Notes: generated by a model from the sequence alone, not told the origin. Numbered from the stretch's first letter, positions 30,027-40,858 are shown. The stretch is 64,000 nt of DNA from Candidatus Hodarchaeota archaeon (GCA_048886685.1 JBHLKM010000010.1:87946-151945); one strand, 5' to 3'. Numbers and translations are program-made.

Positions 30027-30147
30027 AGCTGTGCCCTTAAATTGATTTATATTTAATAATTCTTAATATTATTAAAAAGATAATATAATTATAAAATTGT
30101 TATCACTTTAATTATTGAGTATTGTACCAATTTTAAAAAATGATAAA

Positions 30148-31428
30148 ATGAGAATATTATATATTGATTTGAAAAACTCTGGAATCTCTGGAGATATGTT
30201 ATTAGCAGCATTGTTAGGAATAGTTCCTGAACCAGAGGAAATTTTAAAAGATTTAAGAAAATTAAAAAATTATTTACCTGATGTTTCGCAATTAAATATT
30301 GATTTAAATAAAATAGATAGATCAGGAATTCAATTAAATCAACTGAAAATTGAGATTAAAGAAAATAAGGATCATAGGTCGGCAAAAACACTAAAAAATT
30401 CTCTTAATCAATATTTAAATGAAAATTCCTTTTCAGATTTAGCTAAAAATTATGCTAACCAAGTTTTAGATTCTTTAATCCAAGCAGAAGCAGAAGTGCA
30501 CGGTGAATTAGCTAGTAAAGTCCATTTACACGAACTTAGTTCAATTGACACATTAATAGATATTTTAGGGGTTACTACCGTACTAGATAAAATGAATAGT
30601 TTTGATGAAAATTTTAAATTTTTTTGTAGTAAGATACCTTTAGGAGGTGGTGAAGTTAACACCACCCATGGTTTGTTAACAATTCCAGCTCCAGCTACCC
30701 TAAAGATTTTAGAAAAGTCAAATTTAATAACTTTCGGAGGACCTATAGAATCTGAATTGGTAACTCCTACAGGTATTGCCTTATTAACAAGTTTGAGTCC
30801 TGTTTTTTTAGAGTATTTACCTGAGATGATGATTAGGAAATCCGCTTATAGTACTGGTCAGAATAAGTTTAAAGATTTTCAAAATATACTACGCTTATTT
30901 TTTGGAGAATATGAGGATTTAGAAAGTACTATACCTAATCATCCAATGCAAAAATATGTTGAAAAAGTGTCGATTTTAGAAACTGATGTTGATGATGTCT
31001 CGGGAGAGATACTTGGGAATTTCTTCAATGAATTCAAGGAGGAAAAAGTATTAGATCTTCAAATAATTCCAAGTTTAACGAAAAAAAATCGACCTAGTTA
31101 TATAATAAAGGTTTTATGTTATCCAGAATATACATTTGAATTGATTGAAAAAATTATCCATGAATTAGGGACTTTAGGGGTAAGATATAGTATAGTAAAC
31201 CGTGTATGTGTAGATAGAACTATAGAAAAACATATCATTAAAATTAATAAAAAGGAATATGATGTAAATTTTAAAGTCTCTTATATTGAATTGGGAAAGA
31301 GTAAAGAAATCATAAATGTCAAGCCAGAATATGAAGATCTTAAAAAAATTAGTAATAATTCTGGAATTTCAGTGAGAGAGATACAATTTATTATACAAGC
31401 TAAGATAAAACAACTATTTTACTCTTAG
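30148..31428 (+). CDS. larC: Nickel-pincer cofactor biosynthesis protein LarC
   Basis: SGISGDMLLAAL, AEAEVHG, VHLHEL, HG..IPAPAT, ELVTPTG, ETDVDD, TLGVR, KPEYED. Confidence 0.93.
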   Translation: MRILYIDLKNSGISGDMLLAALLGIVPEPEEILKDLRKLKNYLPDVSQLNIDLNKIDRSGIQLNQLKIEIKENKDHRSAKTLKNSLNQYLNENSFSDLAKNYANQVLDSLIQAEAEVHGELASKVHLHELSSIDTLIDILGVTTVLDKMNSFDENFKFFCSKIPLGGGEVNTTHGLLTIPAPATLKILEKSNLITFGGPIESELVTPTGIALLTSLSPVFLEYLPEMMIRKSAYSTGQNKFKDFQNILRLFFGEYEDLESTIPNHPMQKYVEKVSILETDVDDVSGEILGNFFNEFKEEKVLDLQIIPSLTKKNRPSYIIKVLCYPEYTFELIEKIIHELGTLGVRYSIVNRVCVDRTIEKHIIKINKKEYDVNFKVSYIELGKSKEIINVKPEYEDLKKISNNSGISVREIQFIIQAKIKQLFYS

Positions 31429-31503
31429 ATATTATGGATGATAAAAATTATAAAAAATAAGAAAAAAAATTGGTTTATAAATAAATTTCAGTATTTTTCT
31501 GCC

Positions 31504-32046
31504 TTAATATTTATCAACATGAAATTTATTCAAGTAGTACTCATCTTCGACCATTTCTTTGGAAAATTCTTTTAATCGATTTATTTCTTTAGTAATATCT
31601 TTTACTTTTCTTAGTTTTCCTAAATCCTTGAATATTTCTGATGCTTCTTGAAATGTTTTTACGCTTTTATCATAATCCCCGGAGACTTCAAGATCTTCAG
31701 CTAGAAACACTAAACCTTCAGCAGTTTCTACCTTCTTACCTAATCTCTTTTGAATCTTTAGTGATTGATAATGACATTTCATACTTTCAGCATATTGTCT
31801 AAACACAGAGTAGGTTCTTCCTAATGCCCTTAGAACTAGAGCTTCTTGTTCAGGTAAATTATTTTCTCGGCAAAACTTTAAGATAGAATCTAAAAATTGG
31901 ATGTATTCCGTTTTATTCTTTAATTTTGTACGATCTATGCGTTCAAGTGCCCTTTCATAGTGATCTAAAGTATTCTCAATATCTTTTTCTTCAAAAAATT
32001 TTTTTGATCTCTCAAAAAGTTCTTGATGTTCAATAGATGCGACCAT
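31504..32046 (-). CDS. TPR-repeat protein
   Basis: LRALGRTY...YAESMKCHYQSLKI; GDYDKSVKTFQEASEIF. Confidence 0.75.
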   Translation of the reverse strand: MVASIEHQELFERSKKFFEEKDIENTLDHYERALERIDRTKLKNKTEYIQFLDSILKFCRENNLPEQEALVLRALGRTYSVFRQYAESMKCHYQSLKIQKRLGKKVETAEGLVFLAEDLEVSGDYDKSVKTFQEASEIFKDLGKLRKVKDITKEINRLKEFSKEMVEDEYYLNKFHVDKY

Positions 32047-32377
32047 TGGGGTCTCAACTACTTTCTTGCTCTTAGCGAATTTTAGTTTTTATTTAGATAA
32101 AAATAAGTTCAATTATTATTATATTAATTTACATATATATAGTTATCTATCTTAAATTATATGGCGAGAGATATTGAAAAGGGGCAATTTATGAGAAATT
32201 TTAATCTTAATCTTAAAGCATCTTCACGTGTAAAAATTAACTTAGATATCTGTTTATTTAAACCATTATATTGTTAATTAAAGTAAATACCTTACATATT
32301 GCCATATTTCAATTTTAGAAGTTTTGAATGAACACTTAATAGGGAAAAATAAAATACAAAAATTGAGTTTAATAATT

Positions 32378-33049
32378 TTAAAAATTAATTACTCCTGCTA
32401 TACCCAACGGTAAAAATATGCATAATAGCGCAATACCAATAGCGTAGATTGTTCCAACTACTCTGACTTTCGATTTCCTGTCCGGTAAATCGTATACGTA
32501 AAAAGTTCCAACAAAGAAGTGAAAATACCCGAATAAAAAGATTAAAACTGGATTATACCAATGCCACCACGGATATTCCCAAATTAAATAATCTCCCCTA
32601 TTTAACAAAATTTCTACAAAAACAGAAAAGATTGTAAAACCTATTGCCATTGCCCATCGATTTGGGAGTCCCAAAATTTTCTTATTTTTATTATCTGGTA
32701 AAAATTTTGCAAATACTATACCTGCAATTGAAAACATGAAAGCTATTTCAATGTTCCATCCAATTAAAATAATGTAAGCACTTGCTCCAGGGGTAGTCCA
32801 AAAGGCAGAATGATCCGAAAAGGCAAAAATTAGCCCATTCCATATTTCATTAATCAAATCTAAGCCTAAAAGAGTTAACCCTGCAAATACAGTACTCCAA
32901 TTTCCTGTTTCTCTCGCATTTTTAATTTCCACTCCATAAATGTATAATACTAGTACGAGTAGGGGAATAATATACCATCCATGTTCCTGATTCAATTCGC
33001 GAAGTTTGTCTAAAGCTTCAAGTGAAGCGTCTGTGGCCAAATATTTCAC
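32378..33049 (-). CDS. Conserved hypothetical integral membrane protein
   Basis: About 6 TM helices, WTTPG and GWNIEIAFMF. Likely TTG start at 33040 after SD AGGTGA. Confidence 0.7.
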   Translation of the reverse strand: MKYLATDASLEALDKLRELNQEHGWYIIPLLVLVLYIYGVEIKNARETGNWSTVFAGLTLLGLDLINEIWNGLIFAFSDHSAFWTTPGASAYIILIGWNIEIAFMFSIAGIVFAKFLPDNKNKKILGLPNRWAMAIGFTIFSVFVEILLNRGDYLIWEYPWWHWYNPVLIFLFGYFHFFVGTFYVYDLPDRKSKVRVVGTIYAIGIALLCIFLPLGIAGVINF

Positions 33050-33190
33050 CTTTATTTAGAATTTTTTTTAATAATAATTAGAAGAAATTTAGACTCTAAT
33101 ATTTAAATATCTTTTCTTATTAAGGTTAGACTAAAATTAGAATATTAGCTTCTGACTAGTTTACAATTTTAATTTATCTAAAATTACAGA

Positions 33191-33976
33191 TTAAAGCTTT
33201 TCTGAGATTTTATTAGCAATTATTGCAGCAGAAGCCCCAGCACCAAATCCATTATCAATATTTACAACTAATAATCCTGGAGAACAAGATTGCAGCATGG
33301 TAATCAATGCACCCTTCCCTTTTTCACCCATACCATATCCACTTGATATCGGAACACCTATAACAGGAATATCAACAAGAGCCGCAACTAATCCTGGTAG
33401 AGTTCCTTCCATTCCCGCACAGACAATTATTATGTGAACTCCTTTTTTAATCATTTCACTTAAAGGTGTAAAGATACGATGAATACCTGCAATCCCCACA
33501 TCATAAGTAGTAATAGTTTTACAACCCATAACTTCTGCAATAATTTGTGCTTCAATTGCTACTGGAATATCTGAACTTCCCGCTGTAATAATTCCTACAA
33601 TTCCATCCTTTTTAGGAAACTCGTAGGATTTTTCCTTAATAACAATTATTTTTCCGAGGTCATTAATATGAATTTCATAATTTTCAGCTTTATCAAAGGT
33701 TTTTTCAATTAGAATTTTCTGGTCTTCATAATAACGAGAGATTATTGCGAATTGTTTGGTTTCTAGGAACCTCTTAGTAATTTCAATGACGATTTCTGGG
33801 TCTTTATTTTGGGCAAAAATAACTTCAGGTGTACCTGTCCTCGTTTTACGAAAAATGTCTAATTTAGCCAAATCTCCAACTTCTTCAACATGATTGGCTC
33901 TAAGTAATCTTTCAGCTTCTTCTACAGTCATTTTTTTCTCAAGTAATTTTGCGAGAATATCTTTTATTTCATTCAT
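33191..33976 (-). CDS. larB: Nickel-pincer cofactor biosynthesis protein LarB
   Basis: RTGTPEVIF, AGSSDIPVA, DVGIAGIHR, AGMEGTLP, GYG, VVNIDNGFGA. Confidence 0.95.
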   Translation of the reverse strand: MNEIKDILAKLLEKKMTVEEAERLLRANHVEEVGDLAKLDIFRKTRTGTPEVIFAQNKDPEIVIEITKRFLETKQFAIISRYYEDQKILIEKTFDKAENYEIHINDLGKIIVIKEKSYEFPKKDGIVGIITAGSSDIPVAIEAQIIAEVMGCKTITTYDVGIAGIHRIFTPLSEMIKKGVHIIIVCAGMEGTLPGLVAALVDIPVIGVPISSGYGMGEKGKGALITMLQSCSPGLLVVNIDNGFGAGASAAIIANKISEKL

Positions 33977-34171
33977 AATTTATGTCCACAATAGGATGTG
34001 CTAAGAAAAGGTAAATTATTTCGTATAAATAAGAGTTCTTTTATTTTGTATTTTACTAATTTATACAATTTTGAATTTTATCAATTTTTAAAAAAAAATA
34101 ATAACAACATAAAATAAATATAAATTACTACTAATTTCAATTATTAATCCTAATTTAAAGTGAGATTACGT

Positions 34172-35395
34172 ATGAAAATTGATTATACATCTTTTAAGGA
34201 TGTGAATTTAAAAGGTAAAAAAGTCTTAATGCGTGTTGACATAAACTCTAACATTGACTTAGAGAAGATGGAAATTAGAGATTCACCGCGAATTCGTGTA
34301 CTTGCTCCTGCTTTGAATAAATATTTTAAAAAAAGCGCAGTGATAATATTAGCGCATCAATCCCGTCCAGGAAGTGACGATTTTACAGATTTAGACATAC
34401 ATGCGAAAGAAATCGAAAAATATCTTGGTCGTCCTGTTAAATTCGTAAAAGATATCTATGGAGAACAAGCAATCCAAGCTATTAAGGATCTCAAAAAGGG
34501 AGAAGTTTTAGTTTTAAACAATGTTAGAAAATTTGAAGGAGAAATGAAAGGATATAAGGATTTTTCTGAAGCTGAAAATACCGAATTGGTCAAAGCATTA
34601 TTTCCATTAGTAGATTATGTAATTGTTGATGCTTTTGGAGCCGCTCATCGAGCTCATGCGTCAATAGTAGGATGGCCTAAGATGATGGCAGGTCCAATAA
34701 CCGACAAAGAATTAGATGCTTTGAAGAAAATTATGCAAGAGCCTGAGAAACCTATGGCTATGCTAATTGGTGGAGCAAAAGCTATAGACAAGTTTAAAGC
34801 AATGAAATATAATTTTGATAATCAGAAATTAGATTACGCGCTTTGTTCAGGATTAACAGCTATTCTGATCTTTGAAGCGTTAGGGAAAAATATGGGAGAA
34901 CCAAACCATAAAATAATCGCTGAAGATCTGGAAACAAATAAAGATATGATCATAGAAACTTATGAGAAATATAAAGATAAGATTATTCTTCCCGAAGATT
35001 TGATAATTGATGAAAATGGTAATAGAAAAACAATTGAAATTGATGAAGCGGGTACTTATAATACCACTACGGGAGATATTGGCCCTAAAACAGTTGAAAA
35101 ATTTAATGATATTCTAATGAAATGCAAAACAATTGTAGCAAACGGTCCTCCAGGCATTTTTGAAAAGGAAGTGTTTCGAAAAGCTACAAATGAAATTGTA
35201 GATACAATGGTTGCTGCCACTAAAAAAAACAATGCACTCACAATTATTGGTGGTGGTGAAATGGGTGCTGCAGCCTCAATGGCAGGAAAAGCTGACGATG
35301 TTTCTTTCATTTCAACAGCAGGAGGCGCAATGCTAGAAATCCTTTCAGGAAACGACTTACCAATGATTAGAGCTTTACGAGAAAAAAAAGTGTAA
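34172..35395 (+). CDS. pgk: Phosphoglycerate kinase
   Basis: RVDINS, AHQSRPG, DAFGAAHRAHAS, GGAK, DIGP, NGPPGIFE, STAGGA. Confidence 0.96.
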   Translation: MKIDYTSFKDVNLKGKKVLMRVDINSNIDLEKMEIRDSPRIRVLAPALNKYFKKSAVIILAHQSRPGSDDFTDLDIHAKEIEKYLGRPVKFVKDIYGEQAIQAIKDLKKGEVLVLNNVRKFEGEMKGYKDFSEAENTELVKALFPLVDYVIVDAFGAAHRAHASIVGWPKMMAGPITDKELDALKKIMQEPEKPMAMLIGGAKAIDKFKAMKYNFDNQKLDYALCSGLTAILIFEALGKNMGEPNHKIIAEDLETNKDMIIETYEKYKDKIILPEDLIIDENGNRKTIEIDEAGTYNTTTGDIGPKTVEKFNDILMKCKTIVANGPPGIFEKEVFRKATNEIVDTMVAATKKNNALTIIGGGEMGAAASMAGKADDVSFISTAGGAMLEILSGNDLPMIRALREKKV

Positions 35396-35534
35396 AATAT
35401 AACTCATTTATTTTATTATTTTTTTAATATTGAGTATCTTTAAACAGAAATTTACTAAATTTAATAAAATATTTATTTTTTAATGAAATAAATTACCTAT
35501 AGCTAATTTCAATATTCCTTATATTGAAATTAAG

Positions 35535-35608
35535 GGGCCCGTGGTCTAGCCTGGTATGACGTCCGCTTGACGTGCGGAAGGTCGCGCGTTCAAACCGCGC
35601 CGGGCCCA
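35535..35608 (+). tRNA. tRNA-Val(GAC)
   Basis: Acceptor GGGCCCG/CGGGCCC-A; anticodon arm TCCGC-TTGACGT-GCGGA; T arm GCGCG-TTCAAAC-CGCGC; CCA not encoded. Confidence 0.96.
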
Positions 35609-35635
35609 CTAAAAAATTTAGAAGATAATAAAAAG

Positions 35636-36115
35636 ATGCCGATTAGAATCCGTTGGAAGTCAAAAGAGTATATTGGAATCGCCTTGTTGTTATTAGGAAT
35701 GTGTGGGTTTTTACAGCTTCTCTTCATAATCATTGGGCAATATTTTTTAGCGATTGGGAATTATTTCGTTATTATAGTAATCCCAATTGGAATAACATTA
35801 GCAATATTTTATGCTTCTATGATTATCTTTGAGAGTTATGCTCAAGTTGAGAGAAGAGAGAAGTTGAGAAGCCAGTTCCGGAAATCAAAAACCTATTCTT
35901 CTAAATTAAAACAGATCTTAAAGTTCCCTATAACAAAACCTCTAATTATCATAATTGCTATTTTCACTCCAATTTTCTTTGCAACTTTCTTTATATGGGT
36001 TTTAATATTCGATAACATGGTTTCTTTTATAATTGCTGAAAATACTAGTGCCATAATTTGCTTGCTTATAGCAAATTTGATCGAGAAAAACTATGGTAGA
36101 GTTAAGAGATATTAA
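35636..36115 (+). CDS. Hypothetical 4-TM membrane protein
   Basis: Hydrophobic helices; ATG 35636 avoids overlap with the tRNA. Confidence 0.7.
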   Translation: MPIRIRWKSKEYIGIALLLLGMCGFLQLLFIIIGQYFLAIGNYFVIIVIPIGITLAIFYASMIIFESYAQVERREKLRSQFRKSKTYSSKLKQILKFPITKPLIIIIAIFTPIFFATFFIWVLIFDNMVSFIIAENTSAIICLLIANLIEKNYGRVKRY

Positions 36116-36267
36116 ACAGACTCTATGAATAAGACGATGATCTCTAATTATTGCAAACTTATATATTGATATTACCACAATTAATAAATAGATAAGAAAG
36201 ATAACAAAATAGGAATTCTATATACTTTTTATAAAAATAAGTATTCGATAGACTATTTTGAATAAGT

Positions 36268-37122
36268 ATGGCTAAAATTGAAGTTAGATGTCCAATTTGT
36301 TCTAATTGGGATAATATTGAGATCTCAGATGATGCAACAAGAAATGCAACAAAAGGACTTTTAGCTATTAATATAACTGCTGGAATGATTTGCGAACATA
36401 ATTTTATTGCCTATGTTGATAAAAACCTTATAGTGAGAGATTGTTTAATTGCAGATTTTAAAATAGAAGCCCCAGAATCTCCAGGTTCTACAACAAGAGA
36501 AGATACGGATAAAATTATTCCTGAAGTCGAATCGATTAATCACGACTTAATAAAGTTAAATATTCCGGAACCATTAATGGCTTCTATTTTAAGAGCTATT
36601 TTTTTGGGTAAGGGTGTAATATTAATTTCAGATGATCAGTATCTTGCTGATAATATCATATATTTCTTTAAATATGCAATGAAAAATTTATTTGATAATG
36701 AAATTATAGCTATGTCAAAATCTGATTACAATCATAATCAGATTAATTATGAGAAATATATAGTTTTCGAAAAGAGAAAAATTGTTCAAGATTTTGAAAA
36801 TTTGATTAACCCAAAAAAAATAGATATCGAGAAAGGCATTGCAAAAAAGTTTTTGGAAGAGTATGATTTAATAACTGCTTTAATAATTCTTAGAAATGAG
36901 ATTCAAAAAGCATTCGAATTCTCCAAAACTCTAGCTGAGTTTATAACTAATTCTGAAAAAAAAGCATGGACTTCAAAAATACTTCTTGATCATGTTAATA
37001 AAGTGTATAATGAAAGAATTCAAATAAATTATCTTATCTTTTTATACGATATAGTGCATTATTACTTTAAAGTAGATATTCCGAAAATCGAGGGAGTTAC
37101 CAAATTCCTTGGAATTTTATAA
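36268..37122 (+). CDS. Hypothetical protein: Zn-binding N-domain plus possible DENN-like core
   Basis: CPIC...CEH N-terminal motif; ILRAIFLGKGVILISDD segment. Confidence 0.55.
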   Translation: MAKIEVRCPICSNWDNIEISDDATRNATKGLLAINITAGMICEHNFIAYVDKNLIVRDCLIADFKIEAPESPGSTTREDTDKIIPEVESINHDLIKLNIPEPLMASILRAIFLGKGVILISDDQYLADNIIYFFKYAMKNLFDNEIIAMSKSDYNHNQINYEKYIVFEKRKIVQDFENLINPKKIDIEKGIAKKFLEEYDLITALIILRNEIQKAFEFSKTLAEFITNSEKKAWTSKILLDHVNKVYNERIQINYLIFLYDIVHYYFKVDIPKIEGVTKFLGIL

Positions 37123-37155
37123 TTAATTTTTTCATTCAAAGAAATTAACTATTTA

Positions 37156-38022
37156 TTATATTTTAGCGGGAGAAGCATAACAATAATCACAATTATGTTT
37201 ACATCGAAAAATCCCTGTATATCCTCCTATATCTTTTGATTTGAAACATCCACAGCTTTTCCTTTGTCCGGTATCTCTTAATTTTGGGATATTTTCATTA
37301 ATTAATTGTTCAATTTTAATTGCATCTATACAGTGTGCTTGTTCAATCCCTTTAATTTTTAGTAAGTCAGGTTGACAACACGCTTTCATATTTATATTGG
37401 AATCATTACATATTTTAATTAATCCGTTTATAATTTCTTGTTTTTTGTTTAAAGTTAGGTCAATAGGAATATATCCTCTAGCATTCATCCTATTTTTAAC
37501 TTTAGGATATATTGTAGCAAAAGAAAATATGAGTTCTTTTACACCAAGATCGGCTACATTTTCAACTATATTCTTAAATTCATCTAAATTATTTTTTATT
37601 CTATGAGTATCCTTTTTTCTGTAAAAAATGATTGGATCATATCTATAGCTTATAGAAGATACTCCAAACTCTTTGATTAGCCATTCCATTTGCTTTAATC
37701 GTTCTTCAACTGATATAGTTAAATTCTTTTCCAATTCTGAGGGGGAATTGATTGTAAATTGGAAAATATGCCCCTTATAAGATTTAAAAAGATATTTGTT
37801 CTTTTTGTATTCCTTAATCCAGTCTCTAAAATTTTTACTCCACCAGACAAAACACATAACAATTTTAGGATCTAGAGAGACTCGATTTATTTGCTTTCGA
37901 TTAAATGGGTTAACTACATCAACATATCCCACTTTAAGCCTCTGAATAACCCAATCCATCAAAAAAGCAGGTATATCAGTTCTACGTGAACAAGAAATTA
38001 TTGGGGATTCAATTATACTCAT
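37156..38022 (-). CDS. DUF1848 family Fe-S protein
   Basis: ISCSRRTDIPAF, WSKN, RYDPI, CGCFKSKDIG, CKHNCDYCYA. Confidence 0.88.
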   Translation of the reverse strand: MSIIESPIISCSRRTDIPAFLMDWVIQRLKVGYVDVVNPFNRKQINRVSLDPKIVMCFVWWSKNFRDWIKEYKKNKYLFKSYKGHIFQFTINSPSELEKNLTISVEERLKQMEWLIKEFGVSSISYRYDPIIFYRKKDTHRIKNNLDEFKNIVENVADLGVKELIFSFATIYPKVKNRMNARGYIPIDLTLNKKQEIINGLIKICNDSNINMKACCQPDLLKIKGIEQAHCIDAIKIEQLINENIPKLRDTGQRKSCGCFKSKDIGGYTGIFRCKHNCDYCYASPAKI

Positions 38023-38234
38023 TTAAATTTTTACAAAGAATATAATATTTTGTTTAATAATTTTTTAAATTAATAAATTAAAATTAATACTCCTATTAGA
38101 TAAGAAATTGTTCCAAATTGCATAATTAGAAAAACGAGAGTTCTCAATTTTAATATATTTTCTATATTATTTATATTCCTTTTTCTAATTCATCTTTATT
38201 AAGATAATTAAGGATGAGTAGATTCTAGATATTT

Positions 38235-38630
38235 ATGACAAGAAGAAATATTTCTTCTGGATCTCAATACGAAAAGCCTATTGGTTTTTCCAGAGTGGTA
38301 AGGATAAAAAACTTTATTTCTGTAGCAGGGACGGCACCGATCTCTTCAGATGGATCAACCGCGTGTCCTAATGATTTATATGGTCAAACAAAACATTGTT
38401 TAGGAATTATTGAAAAAGCCATTAAGGAAGCTGGAGGTTGTCTAAAAGATGTTATTCGTACAAGAATTATGCTGACTGATATCTCAAAATGGCAAGAAGC
38501 AGGTAAGGCACATGGAGAATTTTTCTCTGAAATAAGACCAGCATGTACTTTTTTAGAAGTTAGTAGATTCATTGATCCCGACTGGTTAATTGAAATTGAA
38601 GCTGATTGTGTAATAGATTATGAGGAATAG
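38235..38630 (+). CDS. RidA/YjgF family protein
   Basis: IGFSRVVR, VAGTA, DVIRTR, RPACT, LIEIEAD. Confidence 0.92.
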   Translation: MTRRNISSGSQYEKPIGFSRVVRIKNFISVAGTAPISSDGSTACPNDLYGQTKHCLGIIEKAIKEAGGCLKDVIRTRIMLTDISKWQEAGKAHGEFFSEIRPACTFLEVSRFIDPDWLIEIEADCVIDYEE

Positions 38631-38725
38631 GATTTTTACAGGATAATTTTAATTTTTACTCTATTTGATTTTTTTGGCTTTGATGAGATAATAATTATTT
38701 AAAGTTTAAAATATTAAATAAAGTC

Positions 38726-39748
38726 ATGATTCCTTCTATAGAATGGACTTCTGATAATAAAGTTAAAATGATTGATCAGACTCAATTACCTCACAAACTT
38801 GAATTCTTAGAGTTTGATGATTATAGAGATGTTGCTACATCAATTAAAGTGATGAATATTCGTGGTGCTCCTGCTATTGGAGTTGCAGCGGCAATGGGCA
38901 TGGCTATAGCAACACTAGAGTATAGAGATTTACCAAAAGAAAAGTTTTTAGAATCTATGGAAAGGGTTGCTAATGTTATAAGAAATACAAGACCGACAGC
39001 TTCAAATTTATTTTGGGCTGTCGATAGAATTTGGAAAATAATTACGTCTTATCCGGATGACCCGATTAATCTTTCAGAACTAGTTATTGAAGAAGCAAAA
39101 CTTATGGCTCAAGAAGATATCACAGTTAATAAAAATATTGGGAAGAATGGAGCTGAATTATTAAAGGATGGAGATGTTGTGTTAACACATTGTAATGCTG
39201 GTTCTCTTGCCACAGTTCAATATGGGACAGCATTAGCTCCTGTAAGATCAGCAATAGAACAGGGTAAGAAAATAAGTGTTATTGCTGATGAGACAAGACC
39301 ACGATTACAAGGTGCAAGATTAACTGCATATGAATTACATTATGATAAGATTCCTGTAAAGGTTATTTCAGATACTTCTTCTGGATTACTTATGAGATTA
39401 GGAGAAGTGAATATAGTGATTGTAGGTACTGATCGAGTTACCTCTGATGCTGTTTTTAACAAAATTGGAACTTATTTAGTAGCTTTAGCAGCAAAAGATA
39501 ATAATCTCCCTTTTTACGTAGCAGCACCGAGTTCAACCCTTTCTCTTCATGAAACTGTAAAGGATGTAATAATTGAACAACGAGATAGTTCTGAAGTTAG
39601 TAATGTTTTAGGAAAAGTTCAGATAGTTCCTGATGGTGTAGAATGTCTAAACTATGCATTTGATATCACTCCGTTTAGGCTAGTTACTGGCGTTATTACA
39701 GAAGATGGTGTATATAACCATAAGGAGCTTTTAAAGAAATACAAATAG
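38726..39748 (+). CDS. mtnA: Methylthioribose-1-phosphate isomerase (eIF2B-alpha family)
   Basis: IRGAPAIG, TRPTA, LTHCNAGSLAT, DETRPRLQGARLT, NKIGTY, FDITP. Confidence 0.93.
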   Translation: MIPSIEWTSDNKVKMIDQTQLPHKLEFLEFDDYRDVATSIKVMNIRGAPAIGVAAAMGMAIATLEYRDLPKEKFLESMERVANVIRNTRPTASNLFWAVDRIWKIITSYPDDPINLSELVIEEAKLMAQEDITVNKNIGKNGAELLKDGDVVLTHCNAGSLATVQYGTALAPVRSAIEQGKKISVIADETRPRLQGARLTAYELHYDKIPVKVISDTSSGLLMRLGEVNIVIVGTDRVTSDAVFNKIGTYLVALAAKDNNLPFYVAAPSSTLSLHETVKDVIIEQRDSSEVSNVLGKVQIVPDGVECLNYAFDITPFRLVTGVITEDGVYNHKELLKKYK

Positions 39749-39775
39749 ATAAAAAAATTTAATATCTTTTGCACG

Positions 39776-40762
39776 TCAATTAAATACTTCTTTTAAAGAC
39801 ATTTTTAACTGTAAAAGGTCTTTAGTTTTGCATAAGTGAGTTCTAATCTTTGTAGAATTCCAAATATTTTTCATTAGCCAAATCGAAATTCTCTTTAATT
39901 CCCTAAATTTGAATTCATCATTTCTATATGGGTATGAAATTTCATTTAGAAAAGTATCAATAATCTCTTCATAAATATTAATATACTTTTTTACTAACTC
40001 CAAATTACTGATAAAGGAAACAATTTTGCCTTTAGTTAAATATTCATGGATTTGTCGAAAGATCTCCGGATTGCCCATCGTTTCTCTACCTATCATAAAA
40101 GCATCAACTTTTGTATAGTCAATAAACTCTTTTGCACTTATCGGTGTCGTAATATCACCGTTACCCACCAGAGGAATAATGATTTTTTCTTTTAATCTTT
40201 TAACTGTTTTTAAATCTAGCGTTCCATTAATAAAGTTACTTTTTACAGTTCTAGCATGGATAGTTAAAAGAGATATCCCTGAATTATTTATTATTTTTGA
40301 TACTTCTTCAATATTCATGGGTTTTTCAAAACCAGTCCTTATTTTCAAGGAGACAGGTTTAGAGGATTTCTTAACAACAACTTGGAGTAATTCGTTTAAT
40401 CCATCCAAATTCTTCATTAAAAATCCCCCCTCCTTGGCGTTAATTGCTCTCCGTGAAGGACAACCTGCATTTATATCTAATACATCAAAATTATAGCTTT
40501 CAAGATAATCAATTGATTTTCTAAAAGCATCTAAATCAGATCCTATTAATTGGATACTTATTGGTCGTTCCTCTTCTATTCCACATAAGTCATGATCTAG
40601 AAATTTCGGATTTTTAACTATTCTTTTAGTATAGAGCATCGGAACACTAACTAATCCAATTTCTTGAAATTTTCTACAAAATCTCCTAAAAGGAGCAGTA
40701 GTCACATTTTGCATAGGTGCTAAAATGTATCTATTCGCTAAGTTAAGTGTTCCTAATTTCAT
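39776..40762 (-). CDS. dus: tRNA-dihydrouridine synthase
   Basis: LAPM, DINAGCP, KIRTG, IHART, GNGDI, MIGR. Confidence 0.92.
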   Translation of the reverse strand: MKLGTLNLANRYILAPMQNVTTAPFRRFCRKFQEIGLVSVPMLYTKRIVKNPKFLDHDLCGIEEERPISIQLIGSDLDAFRKSIDYLESYNFDVLDINAGCPSRRAINAKEGGFLMKNLDGLNELLQVVVKKSSKPVSLKIRTGFEKPMNIEEVSKIINNSGISLLTIHARTVKSNFINGTLDLKTVKRLKEKIIIPLVGNGDITTPISAKEFIDYTKVDAFMIGRETMGNPEIFRQIHEYLTKGKIVSFISNLELVKKYINIYEEIIDTFLNEISYPYRNDEFKFRELKRISIWLMKNIWNSTKIRTHLCKTKDLLQLKMSLKEVFN

Positions 40763-40858
40763 TCGTTCCTTAAATTTCCTTATGTTCTAAAATAATGAAA
40801 CTTTTTTATTAATTCTAATTTTCTATAATTAATTAAATCTGTTCAGATAGCTGATAAG

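Noticed and set aside
30053-30104. AT-rich inverted repeats upstream of larC as a NikR operator
   Set aside because: Almost purely A/T in a very AT-rich spacer, so expected by chance; spacing does not match NikR sites I know.
35567-35635. N-terminal extension of the 182-aa track ORF
   Set aside because: It overlaps tRNA-Val; the real start is likely ATG 35636.
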